Positions 11,170 through 23,628 are shown, counted from the first letter of the stretch. The stretch is 64,000 nt of DNA from Eledone cirrhosa (GCA_964016885.1 OZ024740.1:41106001-41170000), one strand, 5' to 3'. The notes: generated by a model not told the origin, from the sequence alone. A program made the numbers and translations.

Positions 11170-12978
11170 AATGATCAGAAATAGGAGGCCTGGAAATGTC
11201 ATTATGAGAGACTGATGAATGTGGAGAACGAATAGGAGAGAGAGAAATTACCCTTAGTAGATCCGACAGCGGGACCAGCTATTGAGATTGACGAATATAG
11301 GGTCCAAGAGGCGATTAGAGAAATGAAAAATGGTAAGGCTGCTGGACCATCGGGAATAGTTGCTGAGATGCTGAAGGCATCAGGGGACGTAGGCACTAAA
11401 CTGGTTGCATGCATCATCAATCAGGCTATATATGGTGGTGTCATACCCAAAGACTGGTGCAGCAGTATTCTCATAAATTGCTACAAAGGTAAAAGGGATG
11501 CTCTGGAGAGGAGCAACTATAGGGGTATAAAACTGATGGATCAGGTTATGAAAGTGGCAGAAAGGATATTAGCACAACTAATTAGAGAAAGGGTCAAACT
11601 AGATGAGATGCAGTTTGGTTTTGTGCCTGGGAAGAGTACAACAGATGCCCTCTTCTTGGTGAGACAATTGCAAGAGAGGTTCTTAGAGAAAAATAAGCCA
11701 CTATACTTAGCCTTTGTTGACCCAGAGAAGGCCTTTGATAGGGTACCCCAATCTGTCATCTGGTGGTCCCTAAGAAAGCTAGGTGTTGAGGAATGGCTTG
11801 TGAGGACAGTGCAAACTTTGTACATAGGTACTCTCAGTAAAGTCAGGGTAGGAATGGAGTTTAGTGAGGAATTCCAGATACAAGTAGGAGTACATCAAGG
11901 TTCGGTCCTCAGCCCGCTCTTGTTCATTATAGTCCTCCAAGCCATAACAGAGGAGTTTAAGACTGGCTGTCCATGGGAACTTCTCTATGCTGACGATCTG
12001 GTTCTTTTAGCAGAATCAGTAGAGGAGCTAGAGAATAAATTCTGGCTATGGAAACAGCAGTTGGAAGCAAGAGGACTGAGAGTGAACCTAGCTAAGACAA
12101 AAGTGTTGATGAGTAGAAAAGAGGACAACACCCTGATTCCGTCAGGGAAATGGCCATGTTCGATATGCAGAAAAGGAACTGGCATAAATTCTATAAAATG
12201 CACACAATGCAGATCCTGGGTACACAAGAGATGTAGTGGGATAGCAGGCAAACTAACAGGTAGGGAGAAATATGTATGCAGTAGATGTACAGGGAAATTA
12301 GACAGTAGAAGTCGCATTGATAGACACATTTTTCAGATGCAGGAGGGCGCTATAGAAGTGGCGGATAGCTTCCGGTACCTAGGAGATCAGATTAGCATGG
12401 GAGGAGGGTGTTCCGAGGCCATCGTATCTAGAATAAGGACGGGTTGGAAGAAGTTTAGGGAGCTGCTTCCTCTGTTGACGAAGAAGGGTTTCTCCCTGCG
12501 TACGAAAGGCCGGTTGTATGATGCCTGTGTGAGGAGCACGATGCTGCATGGAAGTGAGACATGGGCAGCAACTGCAGAGGATATGCGACGGCTGGAGAGA
12601 AATGAGGCAAGCATGCTCCGTTGGATGTGCAGTGTAAATGTGCGTGAACGACCCAGCATAAATGTGTTGAGAGAGAAACTGTGTCTGAGAGGGATAGAAT
12701 GTAGTGTACGGGAGAGGAGACTGAGGTGGTATGGACATGTGATGCGCATGGAGGATGACCGATGGGTGAAGAAGTGCCAGGAAATGCCAGTTGAAGGAAG
12801 ATGTGGTAGAGGTAGACGACGAAAAACATGGGCGGAGGTGGTGAGAACAGACCTCAGATCATTGAAGCTCACGGTGGAGATGACGAAGGACCGTGACGAG
12901 TGGAGAGATGCTGTGCTGAATAAGACCCGTCCCACCCTTGCAAGCAGGAAAAAGCGGACGTAAAATGATGATGATGAT
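11170..12978 (+). mobile_element. RTE LINE subfamily B, 5'-truncated
   Basis: RT ORF followed directly by a (GAT)n tail; flanked by (TA)n. Confidence 0.93.
11323..12963 (+). CDS. RTE ORF, RT domain plus PHD-like finger plus C-terminus (546 aa open, N-terminally truncated)
   Basis: NYRGIKL, QFGF, KAFDRV, GVHQGSVLSP, YADD, FRYLG, RRLRWYGHV. Confidence 0.9.
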   Translation: MKNGKAAGPSGIVAEMLKASGDVGTKLVACIINQAIYGGVIPKDWCSSILINCYKGKRDALERSNYRGIKLMDQVMKVAERILAQLIRERVKLDEMQFGFVPGKSTTDALFLVRQLQERFLEKNKPLYLAFVDPEKAFDRVPQSVIWWSLRKLGVEEWLVRTVQTLYIGTLSKVRVGMEFSEEFQIQVGVHQGSVLSPLLFIIVLQAITEEFKTGCPWELLYADDLVLLAESVEELENKFWLWKQQLEARGLRVNLAKTKVLMSRKEDNTLIPSGKWPCSICRKGTGINSIKCTQCRSWVHKRCSGIAGKLTGREKYVCSRCTGKLDSRSRIDRHIFQMQEGAIEVADSFRYLGDQISMGGGCSEAIVSRIRTGWKKFRELLPLLTKKGFSLRTKGRLYDACVRSTMLHGSETWAATAEDMRRLERNEASMLRWMCSVNVRERPSINVLREKLCLRGIECSVRERRLRWYGHVMRMEDDRWVKKCQEMPVEGRCGRGRRRKTWAEVVRTDLRSLKLTVEMTKDRDEWRDAVLNKTRPTLASRKKRT

Positions 12979-13319
12979 ATATATGAAATGATGATATATA
13001 TATATATATAGAGTTATAAACTCGAAATAATCTTTTACAATTAAATAGCTCAAAGAAGGGAATATTTCCGAGCCGTGTAATACAAATGAATATATGAGAG
13101 GGATGAACACTGATACAACTATACATGTGTTCCAATTGTAAATGACCAAGTTAACTAGGTTGAAAAATACTAATTTAAAATAATTGTTGCGAAACAAATC
13201 TATAATTTGTCCGGGTATCATGGCCATTGCCAATATAGGTTTGTTATTTTTATTGATTTATTATTTTAAATCGAGACAGGCAAACCATATTATTTTAAAT
13301 TATATATATATATATATAT

Positions 13320-13757
13320 AGTGTAGGTGTCTCGACAAAACACACACAGTCCACGCTGTAATGTGGTTGTGTAGGTAACATGGTAAAAAGTTCCCAGTCC
13401 ACACTGTAAATGTGGTTGGTGTTAGGAAGGGCATCCAGCCGTAGAAAACCTGCCAGATAGTCCTATTCGAGCGAGACACAGTCACCTGACCAACCTTGCC
13501 TCAAATTGGGACAACTCCCATCTAACCCATGCTAGCGTGGAAGATGATGTTAAACGATGATGATGATATATATGAAAAGATTTAGTAGAAGAAAATGCAG
13601 TAGAGGAAGACCATGAAAAACATGGGCGGAGGTGATGAGAGCAGACCTCAGATCGCTGATGACGAAGGACCGTGACAAGTGGAGAAATGCTGTGCTGAAT
13701 AGGACCCGTCCCACCCTTGCAAGTTGGGAAAAGTGGACGTAAAATGATGATGATGAT
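13320..13757 (+). mobile_element. Two short RTE 3' ends (subfamily A 13320-13567, subfamily B ~13585-13757)
   Basis: Match to 17420-17660 and 12800-12978; (GAT)n tails. Confidence 0.85.
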
Positions 13758-13799
13758 ATATATATATATATATATACGAAATGTAATCTATAAATAACA

Positions 13800-16700
13800 T
13801 TTTCTTCTTGTCTCCCCACCCTCCGGTTCATTCATCCATATATCTATAATCGCCCAGAATCCAAATCCTACTTCATAATTGCTATTCTATAATTCTGTCT
13901 CACTGTTCTAAATAATCTTCTCCTTGCTAACTACCACATACCCCTCCCGTCCGCTCCCACTCTCCACCTTTATTATTTGGACCAATCACAAATCAACGGC
14001 TTATGCTATCACTTCTGGTTGCTTTTCGATATGATGGATGGACTAAGGAATTTCTGGAGAGTCTGAAGAATCTGGACACTCGAAGACAATGCCAAAGATA
14101 ACGACAAATTCACCTTATGCTGCCGGACGAAAGGGCAAGGCCCCCTCCTCTTTGTTGCGGCCGCGGATGGCCAACATAACCCCAACCCCACCCCCTCACT
14201 CCTCCCTGCGCCCCACCCACCAAACGCAATCCAAAAGTTCAGAGTTGGTACCATGAATGTAGGCACCTTAAAAGGCCGCTCTAACGAGGTTGTAGAAATG
14301 CTTGAACGTAAGGAGGTTGATGTTTGCTGTATCCAAGAGACCAGGTGGAGGGGCGGGTCTGCTAGATTCATTGTGGGTAAAAAACGATGCTATAAGCTTT
14401 CCTGGGTGGGAAATGACAATGGGCTGAGTGGGGTAGGAATCATGTTAGCAGAAAAATGGATGGATAAGATAATAGACGTAAATAGAGTGAATGACAGAAT
14501 AATTAAAATAAGACTTGTTCTAAATAGAACTACTGTGACAGTAATATCTGCGTACGCGCCCCAATCCGGACTGCCTGGCGCTATAAAAGACAGATTCTAT
14601 GAGACACTGATGCTCACTACCTCCCAAATAACCGACAGTGACTATATAATTATTGCTGGCGACCTAAATGGTCACGTTGGACAACATTGTGACGGCTATG
14701 ACGGAATCCATGGAGGCTATGGGTTTGGTACTAGAAATGAGGAAGGCGCCAGAATCCTGGAATTCTGTGACGCAAATAACCTAACTATCTGTAACACTAA
14801 CTTCAAAAAACGAGACAATCACTTGATCACCTACAGATCAGGGGAACATACTAGCCAGGTAGATTATATCCTTACCAGAAGACGTGACAGAGTGTCTGTT
14901 GTAAACACTAAATCCCTCCCCCATGAAGAATGCACCTCCCAACATAGACTGATAATTAGTGACCTCATAGTCAGGACGAGACGTACTCGACAGCAGAAGA
15001 GGACTATCCTCAGGAGAAAAATATGGAAGCTAAAGGACCCCACAGCCAGAAATAAATTTAAAAGCATATTACTTGATGCTTTCGACAGTAAGGAAGAGCA
15101 TTTAGAGTCGTACAATATAGAGGAACAGTGAGAATTCCTGAAAGCAAACCTGCTGATGGCGGCAGACGAAGTCTGTGGCTGGAGCAGGCCTATAGGCAGG
15201 AGGAGAGTAACATGGTGGTGGAAGAGTAAGGTGGAGGAGTCAATTAAGGCCAAAAAGCAAGCTTGGAAAGTATGGCGGGATGGGGGAAGTAGAGAAGACT
15301 ATCAAGGGAAGCTAGGAGACAAGTGTACTTCGCAAGATAGGAAGCAGAGGAAAGAAAGTTTAAGCATGTTCTACAACGCGAGGACAAAAATGTGAGGTGT
15401 TCAGGATTGCTAAGCAATGTGTCAAGGAAAACCGTGATATTGTCGGGGAGAAGTGTGTACTTAATGATGATGGTGTACTTGCCCTCACTGACGCTGATAA
15501 GAAGGTAGCTTGGAAGTGTCACTACGAAAGGCTACTAAATGAGGAGAATAAATGGGAGAAAGACAGTCTCCCCCACATCGACCCAATAGAGGGACCAGCA
15601 GTGTTAGTCGAAGGTAGTATAATAAGTAAGGTAATCAAATATATGAAGACGGGTAAGGCGGTTGGGCCTTCGGAAATAGTTGCTGAAATGCTGAAAGCTT
15701 CTGGAACGGTGGGACACACCATGGTCACCCGGATAGTAAACCAAGTCATACAGAATGGGGTTGTTCCGAAGGACTGGCGTAGCAGCATCATCATTAACTG
15801 CTACAAGGGTAAAGGAGATGCCCTAGATAGGAGTAACTATAGAGGCATTAAATTAATCGACCAGGTCATGAAGGTCACAGAAAAAGTAATAGCGCAACTA
15901 ATCAGAGAGAGAATTGATCTAGATGAAATGCAGTTCGGGTTTATGTCAGGAAAAAGTACCACAGACGCTCTTTTCATTGTACGACAACTACAGGAGAAGT
16001 ACCTAGCTAAAAGTAAACCCTTATACTTAGCTTTTGTCGACTTGGAGAAAGCCTTTGACAGAGTCCCCCGTTCCATTATCTGGTGGGCTCTTAGAAAACT
16101 AGGAGTTGATGAATGGCTTGTGAGAGCTATACAAGCCATGTATAAAGAAACAGTCAGCAAGGTTAGAATTAACAACGAATATAGTGAAGAGTTTAGCGTA
16201 AAAGTTGGTGTTCATCAGGGCTCCGTTCTTAGCTTCCTACTATTTATTATTGTCCTTCAGGCTATAACAGTGGAGTTCAAGACCGGCTGCCCATGGGAAC
16301 TCCTATACGCAGATGATCTAATGCTGATAGATGATCTAATGCTCATAGCTGAATCAATGGCCGAACTAGAGAAGAAATTCCAAACATGGAAGCATGGCCT
16401 AGAATCAAAAGGCCTTATAATTAACCTCTCTAAGACTAAAGTTCTAGTTTGTAGGAAGGAAAATAGGGCGCCGGTCCCATCCGAGAAATGGCCATGCTCA
16501 GTGTGTAGGAAAGGAGTAGGTAGAAACTCCATTTTATGTCCCAAATGTAAAGTATGGGTGCATAAAAGATGTAGTGGGATACAGGTAAGCTAACTAAGAA
16601 CATAGATTTTATATGTGGCCGGTGCTCTGGTGCAATAAGTAGCAGCAAGTGACCACAGAATACTAGCTCATTCCATTGCACAGATGGTTCTATAGAAATA

Positions 16701-17649
16701 GTGGACAGCTTCTGTTACCTGGGTGACAAAATCAGCAGTGGGGGAGGGTGCTCTGAAAGTACAGTAGCTAGAGTCAGAACTGGATGGAAAAAGTTCAGAG
16801 AGCTTATACCACTATTAGCCGCTAAAGGGTTCTCCCTAAAAATGAAAGACAGGCTGTATGATGCCTGCATACGAACAGCAATGTTGCATGGCAGTGAGAC
16901 CTGGGCATTGTGTGCAGAGGATATACGCAGACTGGAGAGGGACGAAGCTTGCATGCTCCGCTGGATGTGTAATAGTAATACACGTGAACGGCAAAGCATA
17001 AACGAACTAAGGAAAAAATTAGAAATAACAGGGATCAGATGTTGTTTACTCGAGAGAAGACTACGTTGGTATGGTCACGTGATGCGCATGAAAGACGACA
17101 GCTGTATAAAAAAGTGCAGGGAAATAAAAATAGATGGTAGCCACGGAGTAGGCAAACCCAGAAAAACCTGGGAGAACTTGATAAATTCCGACCTCACACA
17201 CTTACACCTCTCCAAGACAATGTCACTGGACCGAGATCTTTGGCGTTACACAGTAATAGAGAAGACCCGCCTTACCTAAGTACAAAGTGAAACCTACTAC
17301 AGTTAGTAGGCACCTCTAACAGAATACACCCCCGTCCCACTACCACACCCCATCCACACCACCCCTTTCAATGTAAAGTTATGTTGGTACCACAACATCC
17401 AGCCCGAAACAAATGAGGTCGTGTAGGTGTCACGACAAAAAACACACAGTCCACGCTGTAATGTGGCCGTGTAGGTAACACGGTAAAAACCTCCCAGTTC
17501 CACACTGTAAATGTTGTTGATGTTAGGAAGGGCATCCAGCCGTAGAAAACCCGCCAGACAGTCCTATGCGAGCAAGACAACCACTCTTGCTTCAAGTGGG
17601 AAAACTCCCGTCCAAACCCATGCAAGCGTGGAATATGGACGTTAAACGG

Positions 17650-17680
<31 letters not shown>
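13800..17680 (+). mobile_element. Near full-length RTE LINE (APE + RT), disabled
   Basis: APE 14253-15131 (GTMNVGTL, IQETRW, SAYAPQ, GDLNGH, QVDYIL); RT 15397-16593; C-terminus 16701-17279; stop at 15129, frameshifts near 15300 and 16580; (GAT)n tail 17650-17680; 5' end approximate. Confidence 0.93.
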
Positions 17681-17834
17681 ACGTATGTGTTTACATGTTA
17701 TATATGGAGTGTCTATGCCACGAGGACACAGAAGACTACAAATCAGAGTAGTACTCAATGTATGGGGAGATACAGAGTGGATCTATTAGTGAAGTAAAGG
17801 TCCGATTGCTAGCTCAGGTGGTTATATATATATA

Positions 17835-18260
17835 TCATCATCATCACCGTTTTACGTCCGTTCTTTCACGCTAGCATGGGTTAGACGGGTTGTCCTGTTG
17901 TGGGCAGTGTCTGGTTGGCTGACCTTGTCTTGCTCATACGGGAACCGATTCTGGCTTGATTTCTACAGCTGGATGCCCTTCCTAACACCAACCTCATTTA
18001 CAGTGTGGACTGGATGCTTTTTTGCCATGGCACCTCCACGACCACTTTGCAGTGGGAGGGGGTGGGGGCATATTGTCTATATGCTTCAGCTTTGGCTTGT
18101 ACCCGTGGGAAGTCAGGGCTTCTGTATTACTGCTTGACACCAGAGGTCACGGTCCTGTGTCATCGCCTTTGAGAGGTGCAATTGGGTAAAGTCGGCTTTT
18201 ATCACCTCATCCCAGGTCTTCTTGGATCTCCCCACTCCGTGGCTTCCATCGACTTCTATA
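17835..18260 (-). mobile_element. RTE 3' fragment
   Basis: GSHGVGRSKKTWDEVIK motif, shared 3' UTR core, (GAT)n tail. Confidence 0.85.
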
Positions 18261-18443
18261 TATATAAACACACACACATGTGTATCTTTGTCATTTATTG
18301 ATATTTGATTAGATTTCAAGAAATCTCTCATACCAATACAATTCTCTGGTTGACCACAACTTTGATATTTTTTGATGTTGTCAGTTTATGTCCCAAATAA
18401 ACAAATTCTACTTCTTGTTATATATAAGAAATATTATCATTCA

Positions 18444-19453
18444 GCGGATTGGTAGAGCGTCAGACACTATGCTTTGCGGTATAGAGTTATGGCTCGTTAC
18501 GTTCTGAGTTAAAGTCTCGCCGAGGTTAGCTTTGCCCTTCATTCTTACGAGGTTGATAAAATAAAGCACCAGTAACGTACTAGGGTCGATTTAATCGACT
18601 CAGCCCTCCCTTCAAATTGCTGGCCATTTAAAAATATCGTGAACACTAACGGAAGTTGACATTTGAAAGTTTTAACAGAAGTGAATCTTGAAATAAGCAA
18701 TACATTTATATATAAAATTATTTATGTTTAATCAAGACCTAAGAAATTTAGTAGATAAATTATGATTTATACAAAGTAATCCAACTTATTTTAATAACGT
18801 GATGTAAAATAAGTGCTTCTACTTTTGGCACACGGCCAGCAATTATCCAGTGCATTACTGGTATCGACCCCGTAAGGATGAAAGGCAAAGTTAAGGTCGG
18901 CGGGATTTGAACTCAGAATGGCAAGGGCCGTAACTCTATTCGTTCGACCCTCTACCGATGATACTGCCAATCCACGAACACAGTCTTACACTTCTCCAAC
19001 CATTATATATAAGATTTATTGAAGAAATAACTATCAATTAAAAAAAAAAGAAATAATATTAATAATGGTTTCTGATTTAGACACAAGGCCAACAATTTTG
19101 GGGGAGGGGAAAGTCGATTAAATCGACCCCAGTGCCTGACTGGTATTTTATTTATAGATCCCATAAGGATAAAGTACCAGTCATGCACTGGTGTAGATTT
19201 AATCGACTTTCCCCTACCTCCAAATTGTTGACCTTTTGCCAAAATCAGAAACCATTAATGTCAGTAGAATGTCGGATAATATACTTTGCGACAGAGAGTT
19301 ATAGCCCCTTACCTACTGAGTTGAAATCCTATTGAGGTTAGATGTGCCTTTCATCCTTACAGGGTCGATAAAATAATGCTCCAGTAATGCACTGGGGTCG
19401 ATTTAATTGACCCCCCTCAATTGTTGGCCTTGTGCTTAAATCAGAAACCATTA
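18444..19453. mobile_element. Cluster of tRNA-derived SINE copies (18444-18625 +, 18817-18975 -, 19061-19258 inverted pair, 19261-19453 +)
   Basis: Shared GCCTTTCATCCTTACGGGGTCGATAAAATAAAGTACCAGT core and B-box-like GAGTTCAAATCC. Confidence 0.88.
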
Positions 19454-20167
19454 TAATTATTATTATTTAAGTCGATAATTATAGATGTTGTTCATTGAAC
19501 ATGGTGAGATTTTATTAACTTCACATAATAGAGATTTCTTAAGAGGAAATCTTTGGGATATATTTAGAAATCATCTGTTGTCCTTATTGTAGAAGCAAGG
19601 TTTCTGAATGGAAAGGTATTGATCTGTCAAATGTGACTATATTGGATTTTTTGCAGACATTTCATTATTTTTAGGCAGATATTTAATCCTTTCATTAACA
19701 CATCTCTTATGAAATACACTGAATGGGAATTAATAACTAAAATATTTGGAGAGAATTTCTAATGTTATCTAATTAAAATGGTATTTGTAACTTAACAAAA
19801 TATTTTTTTATGTAAAGCAGCATGGAGGTTATTTTTAGATAGGAATAATTTGAAATGGCTGGCTTTATTTCAGAAAACCTGAGGTGTTTTTTGGTGGGTT
19901 AGTATCAATAGGGTTAGTCCAAGCCTCCTTAATTTACATTGGTAATGTGATTACGTATATGTAGAAAATATTAGTACTACACCTGGCAAAATACGAATGC
20001 GACATCTGGTGAAACACTAATACTGCATCTGGTGAAAAATTAATACAACTATTAGTGAAATACTAATATTACATCTGGTGAAATACTAATACTATATTTG
20101 GTGTAATATTAAAATACATCTAGTGAAATACTAATACTACATCTGGTGATATATTAATACTACATTT

Positions 20168-20356
20168 AATTGTTTCTACTTTTGGCACAAGGCCAGCAAT
20201 TAATCAGTGCATTACTGGTACTTTATTTTATCGACCCCGTAAGGATGAAAGGCAAAGTTAACCTTGGCGGAATTTGAACTCAGAATGGCAAGGGCCGTAA
20301 CTCTATGCGTCAAAGCATGGCGTCCGACCCTCTACTGATACTGCCAATCCACCGCC
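20168..20356 (-). mobile_element. tRNA-derived SINE, full length, ~20-bp TSD
   Basis: Head GGCGGTGGATTGGCAGTATC (A box), GAGTTCAAATTCC (B box); ATAYTAATACTACATTTAAT on both sides. Confidence 0.9.
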
Positions 20357-20384
20357 AATACTAATACTACATTTAATGATATAC

Positions 20385-20593
20385 TACGAGGGTAAGTTAA
20401 AACTTATCCACACTTTCACCATAACATATTAGGTTTGTCACACTGCCTTCTGTTCATGCGTGCTTATAGTTGGTACTAATGTGACCACTTTAGTACCAAC
20501 TATAAGCACGCATGAACAGAAAGCAGAACAGTGTTAAAAAACCTAAAGATATGTTATGGCGAAAGTGTGGATAAGTTTTAACTTACCCTTGTA
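20385..20593. mobile_element. mariner-like MITE or foldback core
   Basis: TA|CGAGGGTAAGTTAAAACTTATCCACACTT ... AAGTGTGGATAAGTTTTAACTTACCCTTG|TA. Confidence 0.7.
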
Positions 20594-21199
20594 ATATATC
20601 ATTAAATGTAGTATTAGTATATCACCAGATGTAGTATTAGTATTTCACTAGATGTATTTTAGTATTACACCAAATATAGTATTAGTATTTCACCAGATGT
20701 AATATTAGTATTTTGCCAGGTGTAGTACTAGTATTTTCTACATATACGTAATCACATTACCAATGTAAATTAAGGAAGCTGGTGTAATTCTAATACTTCA
20801 GCTGATGTTATACTAATATTACATGTTGTGATATAATAATACTACATTTAGTGATATACTAATGTTACATCTGGTGAAATACTAATACTACATTTAGTGA
20901 AATACTAATACTATACTAATACTACATCTGGTGATATACTAATACTAGATCTAGTGTAATACATCTGGTGAAATACTAATACTATATCTGGTGAAATACT
21001 AATATTTCATCCATGGAAAGACTTATCTCTCATCTATTTAATGCTACAGAAACTAATCTTAGTAGTATTGGAAATTTTAGAAATGTTTGGTTTTTGAAAA
21101 AATATATTTAAAAATAAAATTTTTATTCTTTAACTTAAGTTGTGATTCTCAGCATTTTGGTTTTGCTGAATCAGAAGATATCAAACTGGAGTTATTTAA

Positions 21200-22989
21200 G
21201 AGGATTAACAAAATCTTTTAGAGTAATAAGATTTGTTGTTGTTGTCAAGCTTTATAAAATCAACTGTATTAAATAACATTTGAACATAATTATAAACTAG
21301 CAAATTTCTTAGATGTTACCCTCGACCTCAACTCTAATCTGTTTGAGCCTTACCATAAAAATAATGAAAATTTGACTTATATTAGCTGATACTCCAATCA
21401 CCCTAGATCCATAATAAACTCCATCGCCAAGGGTGTATCACTTTCAATCTCCAGAAGTACATTTAATGCACATGTGGACTACTACAATACAGAACTTCAG
21501 AAAATTGGTTATGAGGAAGGAATAGAATATATTCCTAATACAACAGTTGATCAAAGATATCATCAACTTCCGAAATCCCCAATAACTGGGATGAAAACAT
21601 TACATCCATCGTAGTAAATCAAGTGGAAATATTAACCCCACGAACATAAATTCAAGACTTATGCTGGTTGAAACAATTAATAACTCTAGAACAAAATCTC
21701 TAGCTAGAAAAATACCAGAGAGATTTTCAATGAGGCTGCGCCTTACTACGACCAAGCTCTCTTAGATAATGGTTTTAAGGACAAAATTAAGTACACGCCC
21801 AATCATTCCCAACACAACCATACTAAAAATACTGCTTCAGTAAAATATGAAAACGGACAAAACAATGCAACTTGGCTAAAATCAATAAGTGTTGAAGTAT
21901 TTTTTTTTAGCATTTTTTTTTAGGAATAGCATTAAAAAAACACCATATAGTGCAACCCCTAAATATATTCGTATATTTTTGTATTTTCGCCAGTGTATCT
22001 TTTATGTAAAAGTAAGTGACATAGTCTTCTAAATGTTTTTAATTAAACATACGGTATATTGCCAAATATACTATACATACATTCATGTATACATCGCTAT
22101 TTCAGAGCACCAATACTAATACCTATATATATTATATATATAAAAAATATTATATATATAAAAAATATTTAAATTATCTATCTATTAATAAAAACAACAT
22201 ATATTCTCACCAAAATTATTTATATAAATAACCTGCTGTAATATAATAAAATGAAATATACTTACAACCCTAATTCTTCATAAAATATACTTATAAATAT
22301 CTCTATAATATTAAAACTCACTATCAGAATAGACCCAATAGTAGTATCTCTCACTTTTAAAAATTATTATTCTACCACTTTAACACATTTATAATTCTCA
22401 TATTATATTATAGATACTCCCAAAATATATAATTATATAATCAAATAAATAAATATAATTATTTCACTCTCTTTACACCATCACTAATACGATACATACA
22501 ATTATATATTAATAATAATAGTCTATTTCTAACTCTAATATACCTTTTTCTTATATTCTTTCCTTACATTTTCTTCCACGCTAATATTAATATCAACCTC
22601 TTTCTCTTCCCTTAAAAAATAATCCTAATAATTATTTAAATTTACCTAGCGTCTAAAGATAACTATCTTTTTCAATGTTACGTTATCCTCATTAACATAT
22701 TCATCCTAAGATTTGAATTTCTTTTTCACTATTCAAACAGAACTTAAAACGATAAGCTCTTGTTTTTGGATATGTCACTATCTGTAAAATAACTTTTGTA
22801 TTTTATCTGATGAGTGCGTGCCAAAATTTTGGTACCCGTGAAATATATATAATAAAATAAATATGGTTTTATAAAGATAGTTCCCATTTATTAATATTAT
22901 TGATATTATACTCCAGAAGAATTCTGTAGAGTGTTTCGAATCTGTTATAAATAAATTTGTTGAATAACCAACAAATTAAATAACTCTTT

Positions 22990-22990
<1 letters not shown>
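21200..22990 (+). mobile_element. Penelope-like element 3' remnant (RT C-terminus, AT-rich spacer, HHR-bearing pLTR)
   Basis: ~21290-21450 translates ANFLDVTLDLNSNLFEPYHKNNENLTYIS*YSNHPRSIINSI, a typical PLE RT thumb. Confidence 0.8.
22799..22859 (+). ncRNA. Minimal type I hammerhead ribozyme
   Basis: TATTTTAT-CTGATGA-..gtgccaaaattttggtac..-GAAA-TATATA-TA^-ATAAAATA. Confidence 0.85.
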
Positions 22991-23025
<35 letters not shown>

Positions 23026-23030
<5 letters not shown>

Positions 23031-23140
23031 AACCAGTAAGACCCCGACAGCTGAGCTCAAGCCGTTTCGACGGCTAATTCTCTGAGAATTAGCCGTCGAA
23101 ACGGCTTGAGCTCAGCTGTCGGGGTCTTACTGGTTCCTAT
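23026..23140. repeat. Perfect palindrome, 57-bp arms, 1-nt centre
   Basis: 23026-23082 is the exact reverse complement of 23084-23140. Confidence 0.97.
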
Positions 23141-23216
23141 TACCCACTCTACTACCTCAAGTATTGAGTACTTTGGTGCGTTATGGTCCACCTGGTTCCT
23201 TACCACATTTCCTTCG

Positions 23217-23287
<71 letters not shown>

Positions 23288-23577
23288 CATACATATATAT
23301 AGATATATAATTGGAAATTTAGTAAAATCGAATCTCTGGCGGTTTGCAAGCAAATTCGGCCTACTTATATGAAATGATGAGTTAGCAAAGCACTCGATAA
23401 GGTAGGTCCTTAGAGTAATAATATACGTTTAAATAGCTTGACAAATCGAACATTGTGGTAGGCAAAATCTAACACACAATAATATACCAAAGTAACGATA
23501 GAACTAACAGGTTGAGAAAAATACACCTGGACAAATCAAACGATTATACGTTTATAGTGTTTCTTTGAATCCGAAAT

Positions 23578-23623
<46 letters not shown>

Positions 23624-23628
<5 letters not shown>

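Larger units (their letters stand above)
19965..21005. repeat. ~22-bp minisatellite (TACTAATACTACATCTGGTGAA-like), partly inverted
   Basis: Many degenerate copies on both strands. Confidence 0.9.

Noticed and set aside
14000-14150. Self-cleaving ribozyme at the RTE 5' end (CTGAAGA at ~14063)
   Set aside because: No matching GAAA or stems; an HDV-like fold could not be built by eye
23368-23410. ATGATGAG..CTCGATA hammerhead-like motif
   Set aside because: Two core mismatches and no proper stem III
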